Source of the DNA: an uncultured Patescibacteria group bacterium | GTDB taxonomy: Bacteria > Patescibacteriota > JACMRA01 | Direction: 5' to 3' | Assembly: GCA_938041505.1 (NCBI GenBank) | Contig: CALITC010000010.1 | Coordinates: forward strand, 576-64,575 | Length of the DNA: 64,000 nt | Shown: positions 28,202 to 37,744 of the stretch, one piece after another | Layout of the letters: every line of letters starts with the position of its first letter | How positions within the stretch are numbered: the stretch's first letter is position 1 | The notes under the pieces: model-generated | Seen by the model: the letters and a program-made list of their open reading frames with translations, nothing else | Databases searched by the model: none | What the model was told of the DNA's origin: nothing | Made by a program: the position numbers and the translations under genes

Positions 28202-29936
28202 TGGTCTGCAATATACTAACTATTGCGATCAAGCCTAAGATTATCACACCGACTCCTAGGATTCCACCCGTTCTTACTAGCTCGACAAGGAAATCAGGGG
28301 CGTTTGTAAGATCAGGGACCTGCAAACCCGTATCCTCCTCATCTTCGCCTCTTACGTCATATGAATCTGTGTTCGTAATTGCAGTAACTCCGTCGTATTC
28401 CACCTCTGCATAGCCAGAACCACTCCCTACAAAGGTATTAAGGGCTTCAATATTACCCAAATCAACCGCAAGCTGAGCTGCCGCCTGGACAGACCACCAG
28501 CCAGTACTTCTATCAGGAGCTGTATATTCACATACACCAGCTGCATCTGTTAATCCACTTAAGACAATAGTTGTGTTATCTGGGGCAATTAATGTTAGCC
28601 TACATACTAGACCAGCAGCAACCGACCCGTCGTCGAACGTCACAGGATTAAGCCTAAAAGTGACGGTATCACCCAGTAATAAATCATTGGGGTTTATCTC
28701 AAATGTCGGCGTTGACAAAACTGGAGCTGGACTAAGTACTTCATACGAATCTACGTTAGTAGTGTACGTGCTATTGAGGAAGGTATATTCAATATAACCA
28801 GTACCTGTACCTGGCGTTTTGATTATTCCGGGATCTCCTGAGATTATTGCCCACCCCTGGGTAGCAGGATCTGAGCTTGTTGTGTACGTGCAAATACCAG
28901 CAGCATCAGTAAGAGACTCCGATACAACCTGGTCATTATTTGGCGTTGTTATTGTCAGCTCACATGGCACACTAGGAGCTGGGTCTCCATTATCAAAAAC
29001 AAGTGGATCAGCGGCGAACGTTAAATCCTGATCTGCGGTAATCTGAGGAGGTGTTATCTGGAATTGTGGTATTTCCAAGTCTGGAGGTACAGCTACAACT
29101 TCATATGTATCTGTATTGGTGTCTAGACTTACATTATTATAAGTAAATGATATCAAACCCGAACCGCTACCAAGATTTGAATTTAAATCAGCAATTGAAC
29201 CAGAAACAAGAGTGATATTTTGAGAGCTTAGATCCGAACTAAGATCAAATTGGCAGACACCGTTATTGTCCGTAACACTTGTGAGAATAACATCGTTCCC
29301 CGTTGGTGGGGTAAGCGTAAACCTGCAGGCAACCCCACTCGCAACCGTGCTATTAGAAAAATTAAGGACTCCGCTTTTAAAAACCAAGTTGCCACCTGGG
29401 TTTATCTGAGGCGGGGTAATATCAAACGGAGGTACTACTAATGTCAGCGGGTCGACCACCGTATAATTATCGGTATTTGTCGTATACTGAGTGTTTTGAA
29501 AGCTATACCTCACTAAAGCTGAGCCATTTCCTGCTGCATTATTGAGACTCGCTAATTGACCACTAACAACAGTGATGTTCTGAGAGGCAAGCGGCAGACT
29601 TAGATCAAAGTCGCAAATTCCATTCACATCAGTCTGACTCGATAACAATACCAAAGCATTATCCGGTGTCGCAATCTCAATCTCACAGTCAATTTGCGTA
29701 GCAACTGAATTATTGGTATATAAGAGAGGCTCAGCCGCAAAAACAAGATTATCTCCAATATTTATACTTGGAGGGGTGATGCTAAAAGTTGGTATTTGCA
29801 AGCCTGCTGTATCGTACACATTAAATCGCACATTTGTGTTTCCTTGGGCCAAGCCAATAATACCTACGAGCGAGGTGGTAAGAATGCATAATCCAAGAAA
29901 TAGTATTAAGTTGTTACGGAGTATCTTTAAAAACAT
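28179..29936 (-). CDS. Cell-surface protein with four ~120-aa tandem repeats and a C-terminal membrane anchor
   Basis: The signal peptide is followed by repeats starting IPTFSITPPSINIG, VPPFDITPPQINPG, IPQFQITPPQITAD and TPTFEINPNDLLLG. Each repeat has a conserved Cys pair (C..x20..GIC/GVC). The C-terminus reads ..LVRTGG-ILGVGVIILGLIAIVSIL-..KK. Confidence 0.65.
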   Translation of the reverse strand: MFLKILRNNLILFLGLCILTTSLVGIIGLAQGNTNVRFNVYDTAGLQIPTFSITPPSINIGDNLVFAAEPLLYTNNSVATQIDCEIEIATPDNALVLLSSQTDVNGICDFDLSLPLASQNITVVSGQLASLNNAAGNGSALVRYSFQNTQYTTNTDNYTVVDPLTLVVPPFDITPPQINPGGNLVFKSGVLNFSNSTVASGVACRFTLTPPTGNDVILTSVTDNNGVCQFDLSSDLSSQNITLVSGSIADLNSNLGSGSGLISFTYNNVSLDTNTDTYEVVAVPPDLEIPQFQITPPQITADQDLTFAADPLVFDNGDPAPSVPCELTITTPNNDQVVSESLTDAAGICTYTTSSDPATQGWAIISGDPGIIKTPGTGTGYIEYTFLNSTYTTNVDSYEVLSPAPVLSTPTFEINPNDLLLGDTVTFRLNPVTFDDGSVAAGLVCRLTLIAPDNTTIVLSGLTDAAGVCEYTAPDRSTGWWSVQAAAQLAVDLGNIEALNTFVGSGSGYAEVEYDGVTAITNTDSYDVRGEDEEDTGLQVPDLTNAPDFLVELVRTGGILGVGVIILGLIAIVSILQTINSFLKK

Positions 29937-29954
29937 ATTTTATCCCGTTTTGGA

Positions 29955-31103
29955 TTACTTTTTAGTTGAGGATTTTCCAGAGCGGAAGAAATTAGCGATT
30001 TGCAGTATAAGTATAATCACTAAGAAAACAATTGCCGTGATCATTAGCTTCCGTGTCTCATTTTCTGTATCATCATCAGATTTCACCTCAGGCTCTTCAG
30101 AAATAGCTCCTTTTGTGCTTGATGTGTTGTTTGGGGAGACGACCAGTGGATTTCTTGCTGGGGCAAAAGCATCGATTTGATCTTGTGTCAATGTAAGCGA
30201 ATCCTCTAGACTTCCTTCGAGGTTTCCTTGCGCAAATCCTTCCAGCACATTCAAAGGCTTCACACTATAGCTAAAAGTAATCTTTGTTTCTCCTTCGTTG
30301 TAAGGCTTTTGGGTTTCGATGTAGTAGTCTTTAATTGGAATACCTGGCGCCAAATCTCGCTTCAATGTGCCTTTTAATTCTTCGCCACCGGGGAAAACTA
30401 TCGTATAATCAGCACTAAGAACTCCAAATATATTTCCTGTATTCTGCGCTTGAAACTGCATCACCATATTATCACGACCTAATGTTGATCGCTTTGATTT
30501 TTCGATTGCAAAGTTTTCATCTTCCGGATCAATAATATTCAAAGATCCAACATTACTATCAAGTGACAAATCTCCCTCGACTGCAATATACATTCTCACT
30601 GCATTGCGTGTCTTAATTGTAACATTTCCTGATTGTACACCCGCTTCGTCGCCAATCTCTTGGACGGCTAAACCAGCTCCATATTCTCCTGCTGAGGCAT
30701 CTTGGGGAACCTGAATCTTAAACGGAACTTCGATTGATTGCGCTGCTGGAATACTGTATTTTTCTGCATCAAGTCGGATCCAACCACCTGCAGATTTATT
30801 TTCGAGAGAGTTGGAGACAACAGTGAATGCTCCGTCTGAAGTTATTTCAGAGTCACGACCTTTGAGCTCAACAACCGTTTCAGAATTTGAATTGTTGGTT
30901 AGCACAACCACGTCTTCAGTTATACTACCAGGCGCCACTTGATAGACAAACCACCCTCGATCATTCTTATCATTAATATTAGTACCTTGAGGCAAAATCC
31001 CAACACTAGCGTCGACATGAAGCGAGGTTGTGAGAGTCCAAAGACTTGTAAGTAAGAAAATTGTTAATAGTAACTGCGATAGCGAACGAATTATTTTGGT
31101 CAT
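29955..31103 (-). CDS. DUF916/DUF3324-like (WxL-interacting, CscA-like) cell-surface protein with C-terminal TM anchor
   Basis: Signal peptide, GWFVYQVAPGSITEDVVVLTNNSNSETVV (DUF916-like pattern), a second beta domain, and the TM segment ITAIVFLVIILILQIANFF near the C-terminus. Confidence 0.55.
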   Translation of the reverse strand: MTKIIRSLSQLLLTIFLLTSLWTLTTSLHVDASVGILPQGTNINDKNDRGWFVYQVAPGSITEDVVVLTNNSNSETVVELKGRDSEITSDGAFTVVSNSLENKSAGGWIRLDAEKYSIPAAQSIEVPFKIQVPQDASAGEYGAGLAVQEIGDEAGVQSGNVTIKTRNAVRMYIAVEGDLSLDSNVGSLNIIDPEDENFAIEKSKRSTLGRDNMVMQFQAQNTGNIFGVLSADYTIVFPGGEELKGTLKRDLAPGIPIKDYYIETQKPYNEGETKITFSYSVKPLNVLEGFAQGNLEGSLEDSLTLTQDQIDAFAPARNPLVVSPNNTSSTKGAISEEPEVKSDDDTENETRKLMITAIVFLVIILILQIANFFRSGKSSTKK

Positions 31104-31138
31104 AGCTATATTATGTTGAAGATTCATAAATAGATTCG

Positions 31139-32371
31139 TTAGTTAATTACAGTTTGAGTAATGGTTGCCTCGTAGGTACCGGCACTAACATACGCTGGTA
31201 CGCGCAATCCAAACTCAATAGAATCTAAACCAAACCTTCCCGTTGCGGTTTCTTGGGTGGTGTTGAAAAGAGTATACTGAGTAGTTGTGTTGGTCACTAG
31301 CACTCGTGGACCAGTTGCAAAATCAGCAACAGAGTAACCTGTAGGTTGTAAGCCTTTGAGAGTTCCGATGGACGGATCTAAGGTTACAAAAATATTGTCT
31401 TGTGACTCCCCTTCAAGAGTTAAGCTTGGTGTTGCTGCTGCACCAATACCTGTGCCGCCGTTATCAACGATAGTCACGGTGACCACATCAGTATTATCGT
31501 ACCCGCTTCCAGGATTGGTAACGATAATTTCTGTGATCTCACCGGCAACGACCACCGCTTTTGCAGTTGCTTGTGTTCCACTTGCCGGAGCATCAATGGT
31601 TATATCCACATCACTTGAATAACCTGTTCCTACATTTGTCATCGCTATTAAATCAACTACCCCAGAAGACAAATTGTCATTTTCCGCAATCACCCTTCCT
31701 TCTGCAGTTGCAGGAGTCGTCGGCGTTCCTCCGTTGTCGACTATCGTCACGGTCACCACGTCTCCAGCGGTATACCCACTTCCAGGATTGGTAATATTAA
31801 TTGCTGAGATTACTCCACCAACAATAACCGGTACTGCCGTAGCTTGTGTACCAGACGCAGGGGCAGAAACCGTAACTGTTACGTTATTGGAATAACCAGA
31901 CCCTGAATCGGTAACTTCTATGGAAGACACAATTCCAATATCGGCACCTGCAATACTATCTGGGTTACTTCCTAAATCAATGGACACGTTATTTGTATTG
32001 TCTTCGAAATCACTTATTTCTGCAGTGATGGTGTAGTTATCTGTGGCAAAACCACGCAAATCATCAACAATGACATCATTGAGGGTTGTTGTTGGGTTCT
32101 GCCGATTTGGCCTTATAAAAATATCAGGAAGTGATATTGAGTTTTGACTACTATCACAGGTAATCCCTTCGATCACACTTGCACTTACAATATCAGATTG
32201 AGAACAAATATCTCCGTCAATAACACTATCACCAGCGTAGAGAGTTTGGCTACCGCTTTGTACATTAAGAGAGGCGTTGGTTGTATCGTTTTGGGCGAAT
32301 ACCGCTATGTTTAACACTCCTAGTAGGGCTAGGGTTCCAATAATTCCTGCTACTTTATTTCCTTGAGACAT
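31139..32371 (-). CDS. Secreted WxL-like domain protein with an internal tandem duplication
   Basis: Signal peptide MSQGNKVAGIIGTLALLGVLNIAVFAQ. DDLRGFATDNYTITAEISDF and the C-terminal ..YVSAGTYEATITQTVIN align with the two WxL-domain motifs, but with W replaced. Confidence 0.5.
   Translation of the reverse strand: MSQGNKVAGIIGTLALLGVLNIAVFAQNDTTNASLNVQSGSQTLYAGDSVIDGDICSQSDIVSASVIEGITCDSSQNSISLPDIFIRPNRQNPTTTLNDVIVDDLRGFATDNYTITAEISDFEDNTNNVSIDLGSNPDSIAGADIGIVSSIEVTDSGSGYSNNVTVTVSAPASGTQATAVPVIVGGVISAINITNPGSGYTAGDVVTVTIVDNGGTPTTPATAEGRVIAENDNLSSGVVDLIAMTNVGTGYSSDVDITIDAPASGTQATAKAVVVAGEITEIIVTNPGSGYDNTDVVTVTIVDNGGTGIGAAATPSLTLEGESQDNIFVTLDPSIGTLKGLQPTGYSVADFATGPRVLVTNTTTQYTLFNTTQETATGRFGLDSIEFGLRVPAYVSAGTYEATITQTVIN
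31424..31921 (-). repeat. Intragenic tandem duplication (2 x ~91 codons, GSGY-containing units)
   Basis: IEVTDSGSGYSNNVTVTVSAPASGTQATAVPVIVGGVISAINITNPGSGYTAGDVVTVTIVDNGGT compares with IAMTNVGTGYSSDVDITIDAPASGTQATAKAVVVAGEITEIIVTNPGSGYDNTDVVTVTIVDNGGT. The DNA copies are visibly similar. Confidence 0.8.
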
Positions 32372-32440
32372 AGTATAGTTTTTAAATAAATATCTCTTAC
32401 TAGTCAACCTCACTACACTACCCTTGCTACCACGACAGGA

Positions 32441-33592
32441 TTAGTGAACATGGACATGAATTTTGTCACTGTTTTTAGGTGGGTGCTTAGCGAACCACTT
32501 GGCCGCTAAGAAACTAGACACGGGCACTGCAACTACCAAGGCAGAAGACCCAACCAAGGTTTGAATGATTTCTTCGATCAACTGATCGCTGTTGAGAAGT
32601 ACCCACCAAGGCACATTCGAAGCATAAATGTAGGATAGAAATACTGGGAAGCTGGCACCAATGTATGCAAAAGCAAGGGTGTTAACTAGAGAAGAAATAT
32701 GCTCTCTTCCAACCGATAAAGACCGTTTGTACAACTCACTAAACCCAAGAGAATTATTCGCTCTTTTTAGCTCAGCTACCACTGCTGTTTGGGCAGTAGT
32801 TATATCATCCAGTACACCAAGGGTACCGATCAAGACACCACCGAGGAATAAGCCTTGCAGATTAAGACCTTTGAGCTCTTCGTTAAATGGTAAATAAAAC
32901 GCTTCTTCGGTTCCAGCACCTGAGAGCCCTACCATCTTTACTGCCGACCAAGCACAGATTACAGCAAAAGCCAATGTGATTAATGTACTTATTAAAGACA
33001 GTGTTGTGCGCTGATTAAACCCATGCGCTAAATATAGACTTAGTACAGCTGCAATTATAATACCGATTAGAATGGTACTAAAAACACTTGAGCCAGATGC
33101 GATTTGCGGTAAAATATAGAAAAATATTATCAAGACACCCGAGATAAGTCCTAAAATGGAAAGGAATCCTTGCTTACCCGAGAATCCAATTACTAACAAA
33201 AAGAATAAAATAATCCAGACAAATACAATATTTAAGCGGTAGCGACTGTAGAAAAAATAGCTTGGACCAGTTTCCACCGGGTTCTTGAGCAGGAGCACGG
33301 TTTCACCTTTGTTTAGCAGATTGCTATCTCCGGTACGGACCTGGACATTACTGATCACCTCCACGGTCTCTCCTTGATCTGGGCCGTTAATAAGTTCGAC
33401 AAATAGTAATTGATTTTCTCCAGCAAAAATTACATCATTTCGCTCACTGGAGTCTACGATTCGCTCACTAATAATTTTGCCACGGTAATATTCACTAGCC
33501 GGCTGATCCTGGGCAACACCGTCTATACCCATGAAGGATGACACAAGAACCAATGCCAAAAAAAATTTGGTGAGAACACTTCGCAAAAACAT
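32441..33592 (-). CDS. YibE/F-family membrane protein
   Basis: Signal/TM segment, a ~100-aa extracytoplasmic domain (..YYRGKIIS..), then 6-7 TM segments, as in the YibE/F architecture. Confidence 0.55.
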   Translation of the reverse strand: MFLRSVLTKFFLALVLVSSFMGIDGVAQDQPASEYYRGKIISERIVDSSERNDVIFAGENQLLFVELINGPDQGETVEVISNVQVRTGDSNLLNKGETVLLLKNPVETGPSYFFYSRYRLNIVFVWIILFFLLVIGFSGKQGFLSILGLISGVLIIFFYILPQIASGSSVFSTILIGIIIAAVLSLYLAHGFNQRTTLSLISTLITLAFAVICAWSAVKMVGLSGAGTEEAFYLPFNEELKGLNLQGLFLGGVLIGTLGVLDDITTAQTAVVAELKRANNSLGFSELYKRSLSVGREHISSLVNTLAFAYIGASFPVFLSYIYASNVPWWVLLNSDQLIEEIIQTLVGSSALVVAVPVSSFLAAKWFAKHPPKNSDKIHVHVH

Positions 33593-33790
33593 ATTATTTA
33601 GAACCTACTACAACCAATCACTCTCGTCAAAGGCCTGAATCAGAAAAATATACTCACTCTTTCGATGCTGATCTCTTCTATGTTAACACGATCTTATCTT
33701 CAAGACACGCATTCGTCATTGGTGGTTAATTTTCTCAGATCAAGTGTTTTACCCCAGGTATTTTTTCATAAAATTGACTATTATTAGTTT

Positions 33791-35029
33791 ATGCGGCAGC
33801 TTATAGAGAATATGTTACGTGCCTTAATTTTTGACTCTTTTTACGACAAACATCGCGGAGTGATTGCCTACGTGCGCGTTTTTGAAGGTGCAGTCAAAGC
33901 CAATGATACTGTATATTTTTTGGCCAATGACGCCAAAGCTCTTGTCCAGGATGTGGGTTTCTTTACTCCAGAGATGACTTCTTCGGCGGCGATTGGAACT
34001 GGCGAAGTAGGCTACATCGTCACTGGTCTCAAGGAGCTTGATAAGGTCAAAGTTGGAGACACAATCTGCTCAAAAGACGACAAGACTCAGCAACTTCCTG
34101 GTTATAAGGAAGTCAACCCGATGGTGTTTGCCAGCCTCTTCCCAACCAACGCTGACGAATACCCTAAGCTGCGTGACGCCATTGCTAAGCTTACACTAAA
34201 CGACGCTTCACTTACTTATACAACGGAGAATATTCCGGCTATTGGCTTTGGTTTCCGTTGCGGCTTCTTGGGATTGCTCCACATGGATATTGTTCAAGAG
34301 CGCTTGAGCCGTGAGTTCGATATTGATTTGGTCTTAACCACTCCTTCGGTTGAATACGAAATTGTTTTACAAAATGGTGAGATGAAAAAGATCCATACTC
34401 CAGCCGAGCTACCTGACCCGGCGCAGATAGATTATATCAACGAACCTTGGGTAAAAATGGAGATCTTGACACCAACCGCTTACGTAGGCGGGGTGATTGA
34501 GCTACTTATCAGCAAGCGTGGTAGTTACGACGATATGAACTACCTGACCCCTGAGCAAGTCCAGCTTACAGGAAGGGTGCCGCTTGCGGAGATGATTGTG
34601 GACTTCTACGATGACCTAAAGTCAATTTCCAAAGGTTTTGCCACATTATCTTACGAGCCACTTGGTTTTGAGCGGAGCGACCTGGTAAAACTAGACATTT
34701 TGGTCAACGGTAAGGTCGTTGATCCTATGGCCATCATGGTCTTCCGTGGTCGAGCTGAAGATAGAGGCCGGCAGATTGCCGAGAAACTTAAGGAACTAAT
34801 CCCCCGTCAGCAATTCGAAGTTGCCGTACAGGCGGCTATTGGCTCTAGAATTATTGCCCGAGAAACAATCAAAGCCTATCGAAAAGATGTGACAGCCAAG
34901 CTCTATGGAGGAGATGTAAGCCGGCGTAAAAAACTCTTACAGAAACAGGCTAAAGGTAAAAAACGAATGAAAATGGTGGGGAATGTAGAAATTCCGCAAT
35001 CAGCATTCTTGAATGTGCTTAAAAAATAA
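33791..35029 (+). CDS. lepA: Elongation factor 4 (LepA) lacking the N-terminal GTPase domain
   Basis: Begins MRQLIENMLRALIFDSFYDKHRGVIAYVRVFEG, which is the EF4 domain II start. It continues through domains III and V and the LepA-specific C-terminal domain (..RKKLLQKQAKGKKRMKMVGNVEIPQSAF). No G1-G4 motifs. A stop lies 2 codons upstream, and nothing G-domain-like is seen in 33593-33790. Confidence 0.8.
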   Translation: MRQLIENMLRALIFDSFYDKHRGVIAYVRVFEGAVKANDTVYFLANDAKALVQDVGFFTPEMTSSAAIGTGEVGYIVTGLKELDKVKVGDTICSKDDKTQQLPGYKEVNPMVFASLFPTNADEYPKLRDAIAKLTLNDASLTYTTENIPAIGFGFRCGFLGLLHMDIVQERLSREFDIDLVLTTPSVEYEIVLQNGEMKKIHTPAELPDPAQIDYINEPWVKMEILTPTAYVGGVIELLISKRGSYDDMNYLTPEQVQLTGRVPLAEMIVDFYDDLKSISKGFATLSYEPLGFERSDLVKLDILVNGKVVDPMAIMVFRGRAEDRGRQIAEKLKELIPRQQFEVAVQAAIGSRIIARETIKAYRKDVTAKLYGGDVSRRKKLLQKQAKGKKRMKMVGNVEIPQSAFLNVLKK

Positions 35030-35147
35030 AAATTGAGTCAAGATCTGACTTGATTAGTAATGCTTAGTGAAGTTAAAATACCCGAAAAAAGAAGATCTAT
35101 GCTTTTTTACACAGATCTAAAATACTTTTGCCAAATACAAAACACCC

Positions 35148-35300
35148 CTACTTACGTATTGTAAGATATAGTATGCAACCCACCAACCAGCAGAAATCAT
35201 ATATTTTTTCCACTAATACAAATATTCCTAAGACTGGAATAGCTAGTAGTGAGAAAATAAATTGTAAACCGCTCTGAATGCTGCAGATGATTACCCTCAT
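35148..35300 (-). CDS. 50-aa two-TM small ORF
   Basis: MRVIICSIQSGLQFIFSLLAIPVLGIFVLVEKIYDFCWLVGCILYLTIRK. ATG start, no clear SD. Confidence 0.25.
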   Translation of the reverse strand: MRVIICSIQSGLQFIFSLLAIPVLGIFVLVEKIYDFCWLVGCILYLTIRK

Positions 35301-35365
35301 TAAAATAGCTCCTTACTAAATAATATTTCAATTAACCATGTTAATCCATAGTTGTCAAACTGAGA

Positions 35366-35695
35366 TTAATTTTGTTTCCTCGTAATTACGAATAATTTCT
35401 GGTTTAGATTTAAGCTCTCTTCTTTCAGTTTAGACACCTCCTTAACTTCATCTTCAATACTTTCCCCGTTTGGCTTTTTTGCAAGATATCTAAGCAATGC
35501 TTCGCTTGTAGCTAGCTCTCTGGAGAGGTTTTTCTTAATCTCTAAAGTGCGGTATGTAACTGTATCCTGAAAGTCTAAGAATTCTTGAAGATCTTTGGCA
35601 GAAATAACATCTTGCGCCAAACCTATCCTTCCGAGGCGAATGTTAAAACACTCCTCAGAATTTAAAATGATGAACAAAATTCCACTTGCTTTCAA
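35366..35695 (-). CDS. Hypothetical protein
   Basis: 109-codon ORF with non-ATG track start, helical and charged. Confidence 0.35.
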   Translation of the reverse strand: MKASGILFIILNSEECFNIRLGRIGLAQDVISAKDLQEFLDFQDTVTYRTLEIKKNLSRELATSEALLRYLAKKPNGESIEDEVKEVSKLKEESLNLNQKLFVITRKQN

Positions 35696-35752
35696 ATTAT
35701 TTAGGACTAGCTAAATATGGAAGGGGTGACAAGATTCTGAGGCATACGTAAC

Positions 35753-36220
35753 CTACATCAAGCCAATAGTGCGGAATAAATTATGGACTAGATTTTTACG
35801 AGGGGTTTCTTCGTTGTACTGGATTTTGTTGGACAGTTCCGTTAAGAATTCTTGAACCCCTGGTTGATTAGGATTAAGGTAGAGATAGATAAAACGCTGC
35901 TGAAACGCAGTGGTCTCAATTACAAACTCAGTTGCCTCTGGCAAATCGACTGCGGCCCATGAGACGCAATCCACCCACTGTACATCCACCCCATCGATAG
36001 TTAGACCTATTTCATCAGTTACCACCTCAATTATACCTGGTTTGCGCGATAGAGATAAGAAGACCACCACTGTACACGCAGCCATAGTCAGTGCGACAAA
36101 AAGCGAGCTATAGAGGGCAAAACTAAAAATAGAGATGAATCCTCCGATGGCTAATACATAGTAGAGCTTAAAACTTTCACTGAGGTCGAGGTATTTGGAT
36201 TGAGCTTGAACTTTGGCCAT
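35753..36220 (-). CDS. Hypothetical membrane protein (two TM segments plus a soluble domain)
   Basis: 155-codon ATG ORF. Confidence 0.5.
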   Translation of the reverse strand: MAKVQAQSKYLDLSESFKLYYVLAIGGFISIFSFALYSSLFVALTMAACTVVVFLSLSRKPGIIEVVTDEIGLTIDGVDVQWVDCVSWAAVDLPEATEFVIETTAFQQRFIYLYLNPNQPGVQEFLTELSNKIQYNEETPRKNLVHNLFRTIGLM

Positions 36221-36352
36221 GAATAAGTGTTATTATAGTAAGTATAAGTAATTTTAAAAAAAGTGGCAAGAATAACTTAAGAAAACCTATCGACAAAATT
36301 TGTAAGATTCTTAATACTGGAAATAATTACATTATCGAGCCCTCTCTTACAT

Positions 36353-36943
36353 ATGACCAAATCCAACTCAACCCAAAAAGTATTTTTGATTATTGCTGTA
36401 TTTTTCTTTACCGTTAGTCTTTTTGCATTTTATTCTAGCGCGACCCCTAATACTAATAACAGCGTTTTGGGGGTTCAGGAAGAATCTGTGTCTGCACAAG
36501 AGCCTGGTGAAAGCGTTACAATCAAGGCAACCACCATACCGGCTTCTGAACAAGAAGATAACACCATGCAAAAGCAAACTGGTCCAGGTTTTCCTGCGAT
36601 AGAAATCCCGCGCGAAGTTGATTCTGATGACCAAGACGAGCCGGCAGCTAATGTATCAGGTGAGGCGGAGCCAGCTGCGGAATCTAGGGACACACCTTTT
36701 GTAGATAACACACAACCTGAAGCCGAGCAAGAACCAGAATCTCAACCAATTAGCAGTGAACCTCCTACAGAAAACCAAAAGGAGGAGACCGGTGAGAATC
36801 CTGAAGGTAATGGAGGCTATACCCCAGCTCTTGAGTGCTATAGCCAAGGCGAGCAATTCTACTGGAACGACAACACAGAGACTTGTGAGCAACTTACAGA
36901 CGGGGATGGTAGAGGCCAGAATAATGGTCAAATCGATATATAG
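36353..36943 (+). CDS. Secreted, highly acidic low-complexity protein with a Cys-containing C-terminal module
   Basis: Signal/TM segment KVFLIIAVFFFTVSLFAFY, an E/P/Q-rich stretch, and C-terminal ..CYSQGEQFYWNDNTETC.. Confidence 0.5.
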   Translation: MTKSNSTQKVFLIIAVFFFTVSLFAFYSSATPNTNNSVLGVQEESVSAQEPGESVTIKATTIPASEQEDNTMQKQTGPGFPAIEIPREVDSDDQDEPAANVSGEAEPAAESRDTPFVDNTQPEAEQEPESQPISSEPPTENQKEETGENPEGNGGYTPALECYSQGEQFYWNDNTETCEQLTDGDGRGQNNGQIDI

Positions 36944-37048
36944 GTAGGCTAGAGCACTTTCTTAGTACATTCCTTGACGAGATGTTAAATTTTTGCCAAA
37001 AATCCATGTTGTTTACTTGATTAAATACTATCGAATTAGGAGATTCCG

Positions 37049-37690
37049 ATGGACGCAAGCGCAGTCAACTATTTAGGAAATGGACAAGTTTTATATTATA
37101 ACACCCCTAATCTAATTTCGATTATCCTCGCCACAGCGACAAGCAAATTGATCTCTACGACAAACACTCCACCCACCATCTTAAGTGTTGGTGATTGGGA
37201 TGCAGCCCAATTATACATGCGCTTACTTCCTGATGACGCGCGTGTAACGGCATATTCGGAAATACCAATAACTCCACAACCAGACGCGTATAGCTTTGAC
37301 GTACTTACGATGCTTAATCCAGCTGTTAAAAGAGACTTATTTGACCTTCCGTGCTTGCTGGAAAACCTCAAACCTCAGGGTTTATTCTGTATAGCGCTTT
37401 TTGAAGAAGAGCATTTGGCTCTGCATCTAGGAGCGGATCAACCTTATATGGACTCATCAACGTTTTTGGATTGGTGTCAGAGGAATGAGGTGAAGATTTT
37501 GAATTTTATTCCTATATTCGCACCTATTGAGAGAGAATTTCTGCAAAAAATGCTAGCAGGTGATACGGCGAATCTAAAACATGTTTTGGATTGCGACAAC
37601 CTGACCGACGATCAGCTAAAGCTCGAACTGATGGTTGTTGGTGAGGAATTTTTGAATTTGAACTCGTCTCTTTACGTTTTACAAGTCTAA
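37049..37690 (+). CDS. Class I methyltransferase-like protein with a degenerate SAM-binding loop
   Basis: ILSVGDWDA stands in place of the motif I GxGxG. RVTAYSE, FDVLTML and LKPQGLFCIALF resemble motifs II, IV and V. Confidence 0.35.
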   Translation: MDASAVNYLGNGQVLYYNTPNLISIILATATSKLISTTNTPPTILSVGDWDAAQLYMRLLPDDARVTAYSEIPITPQPDAYSFDVLTMLNPAVKRDLFDLPCLLENLKPQGLFCIALFEEEHLALHLGADQPYMDSSTFLDWCQRNEVKILNFIPIFAPIEREFLQKMLAGDTANLKHVLDCDNLTDDQLKLELMVVGEEFLNLNSSLYVLQV

Positions 37691-37744
37691 ACAATACCGG
37701 ATTATTGTATTCTATGAGCTCTTGAAAATATTTCGAGGGCTTTT

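Noticed and set aside
33593-33790. Possible degraded remnants of the lepA G domain upstream of the truncated ORF
   Set aside because: Translating all three plus-strand frames gave no G1-G4-like motif or EF4-like sequence. Stops are frequent in every frame.
36368-36947. Multiple long overlapping ORFs on both strands (also at 28201-29441, 31356-31895, 42000-42694, 9089-9454)
   Set aside because: These lie inside confidently called genes with repetitive or compositionally biased sequence, where stop codons are depleted in several frames. None has a start context or a motif of its own.
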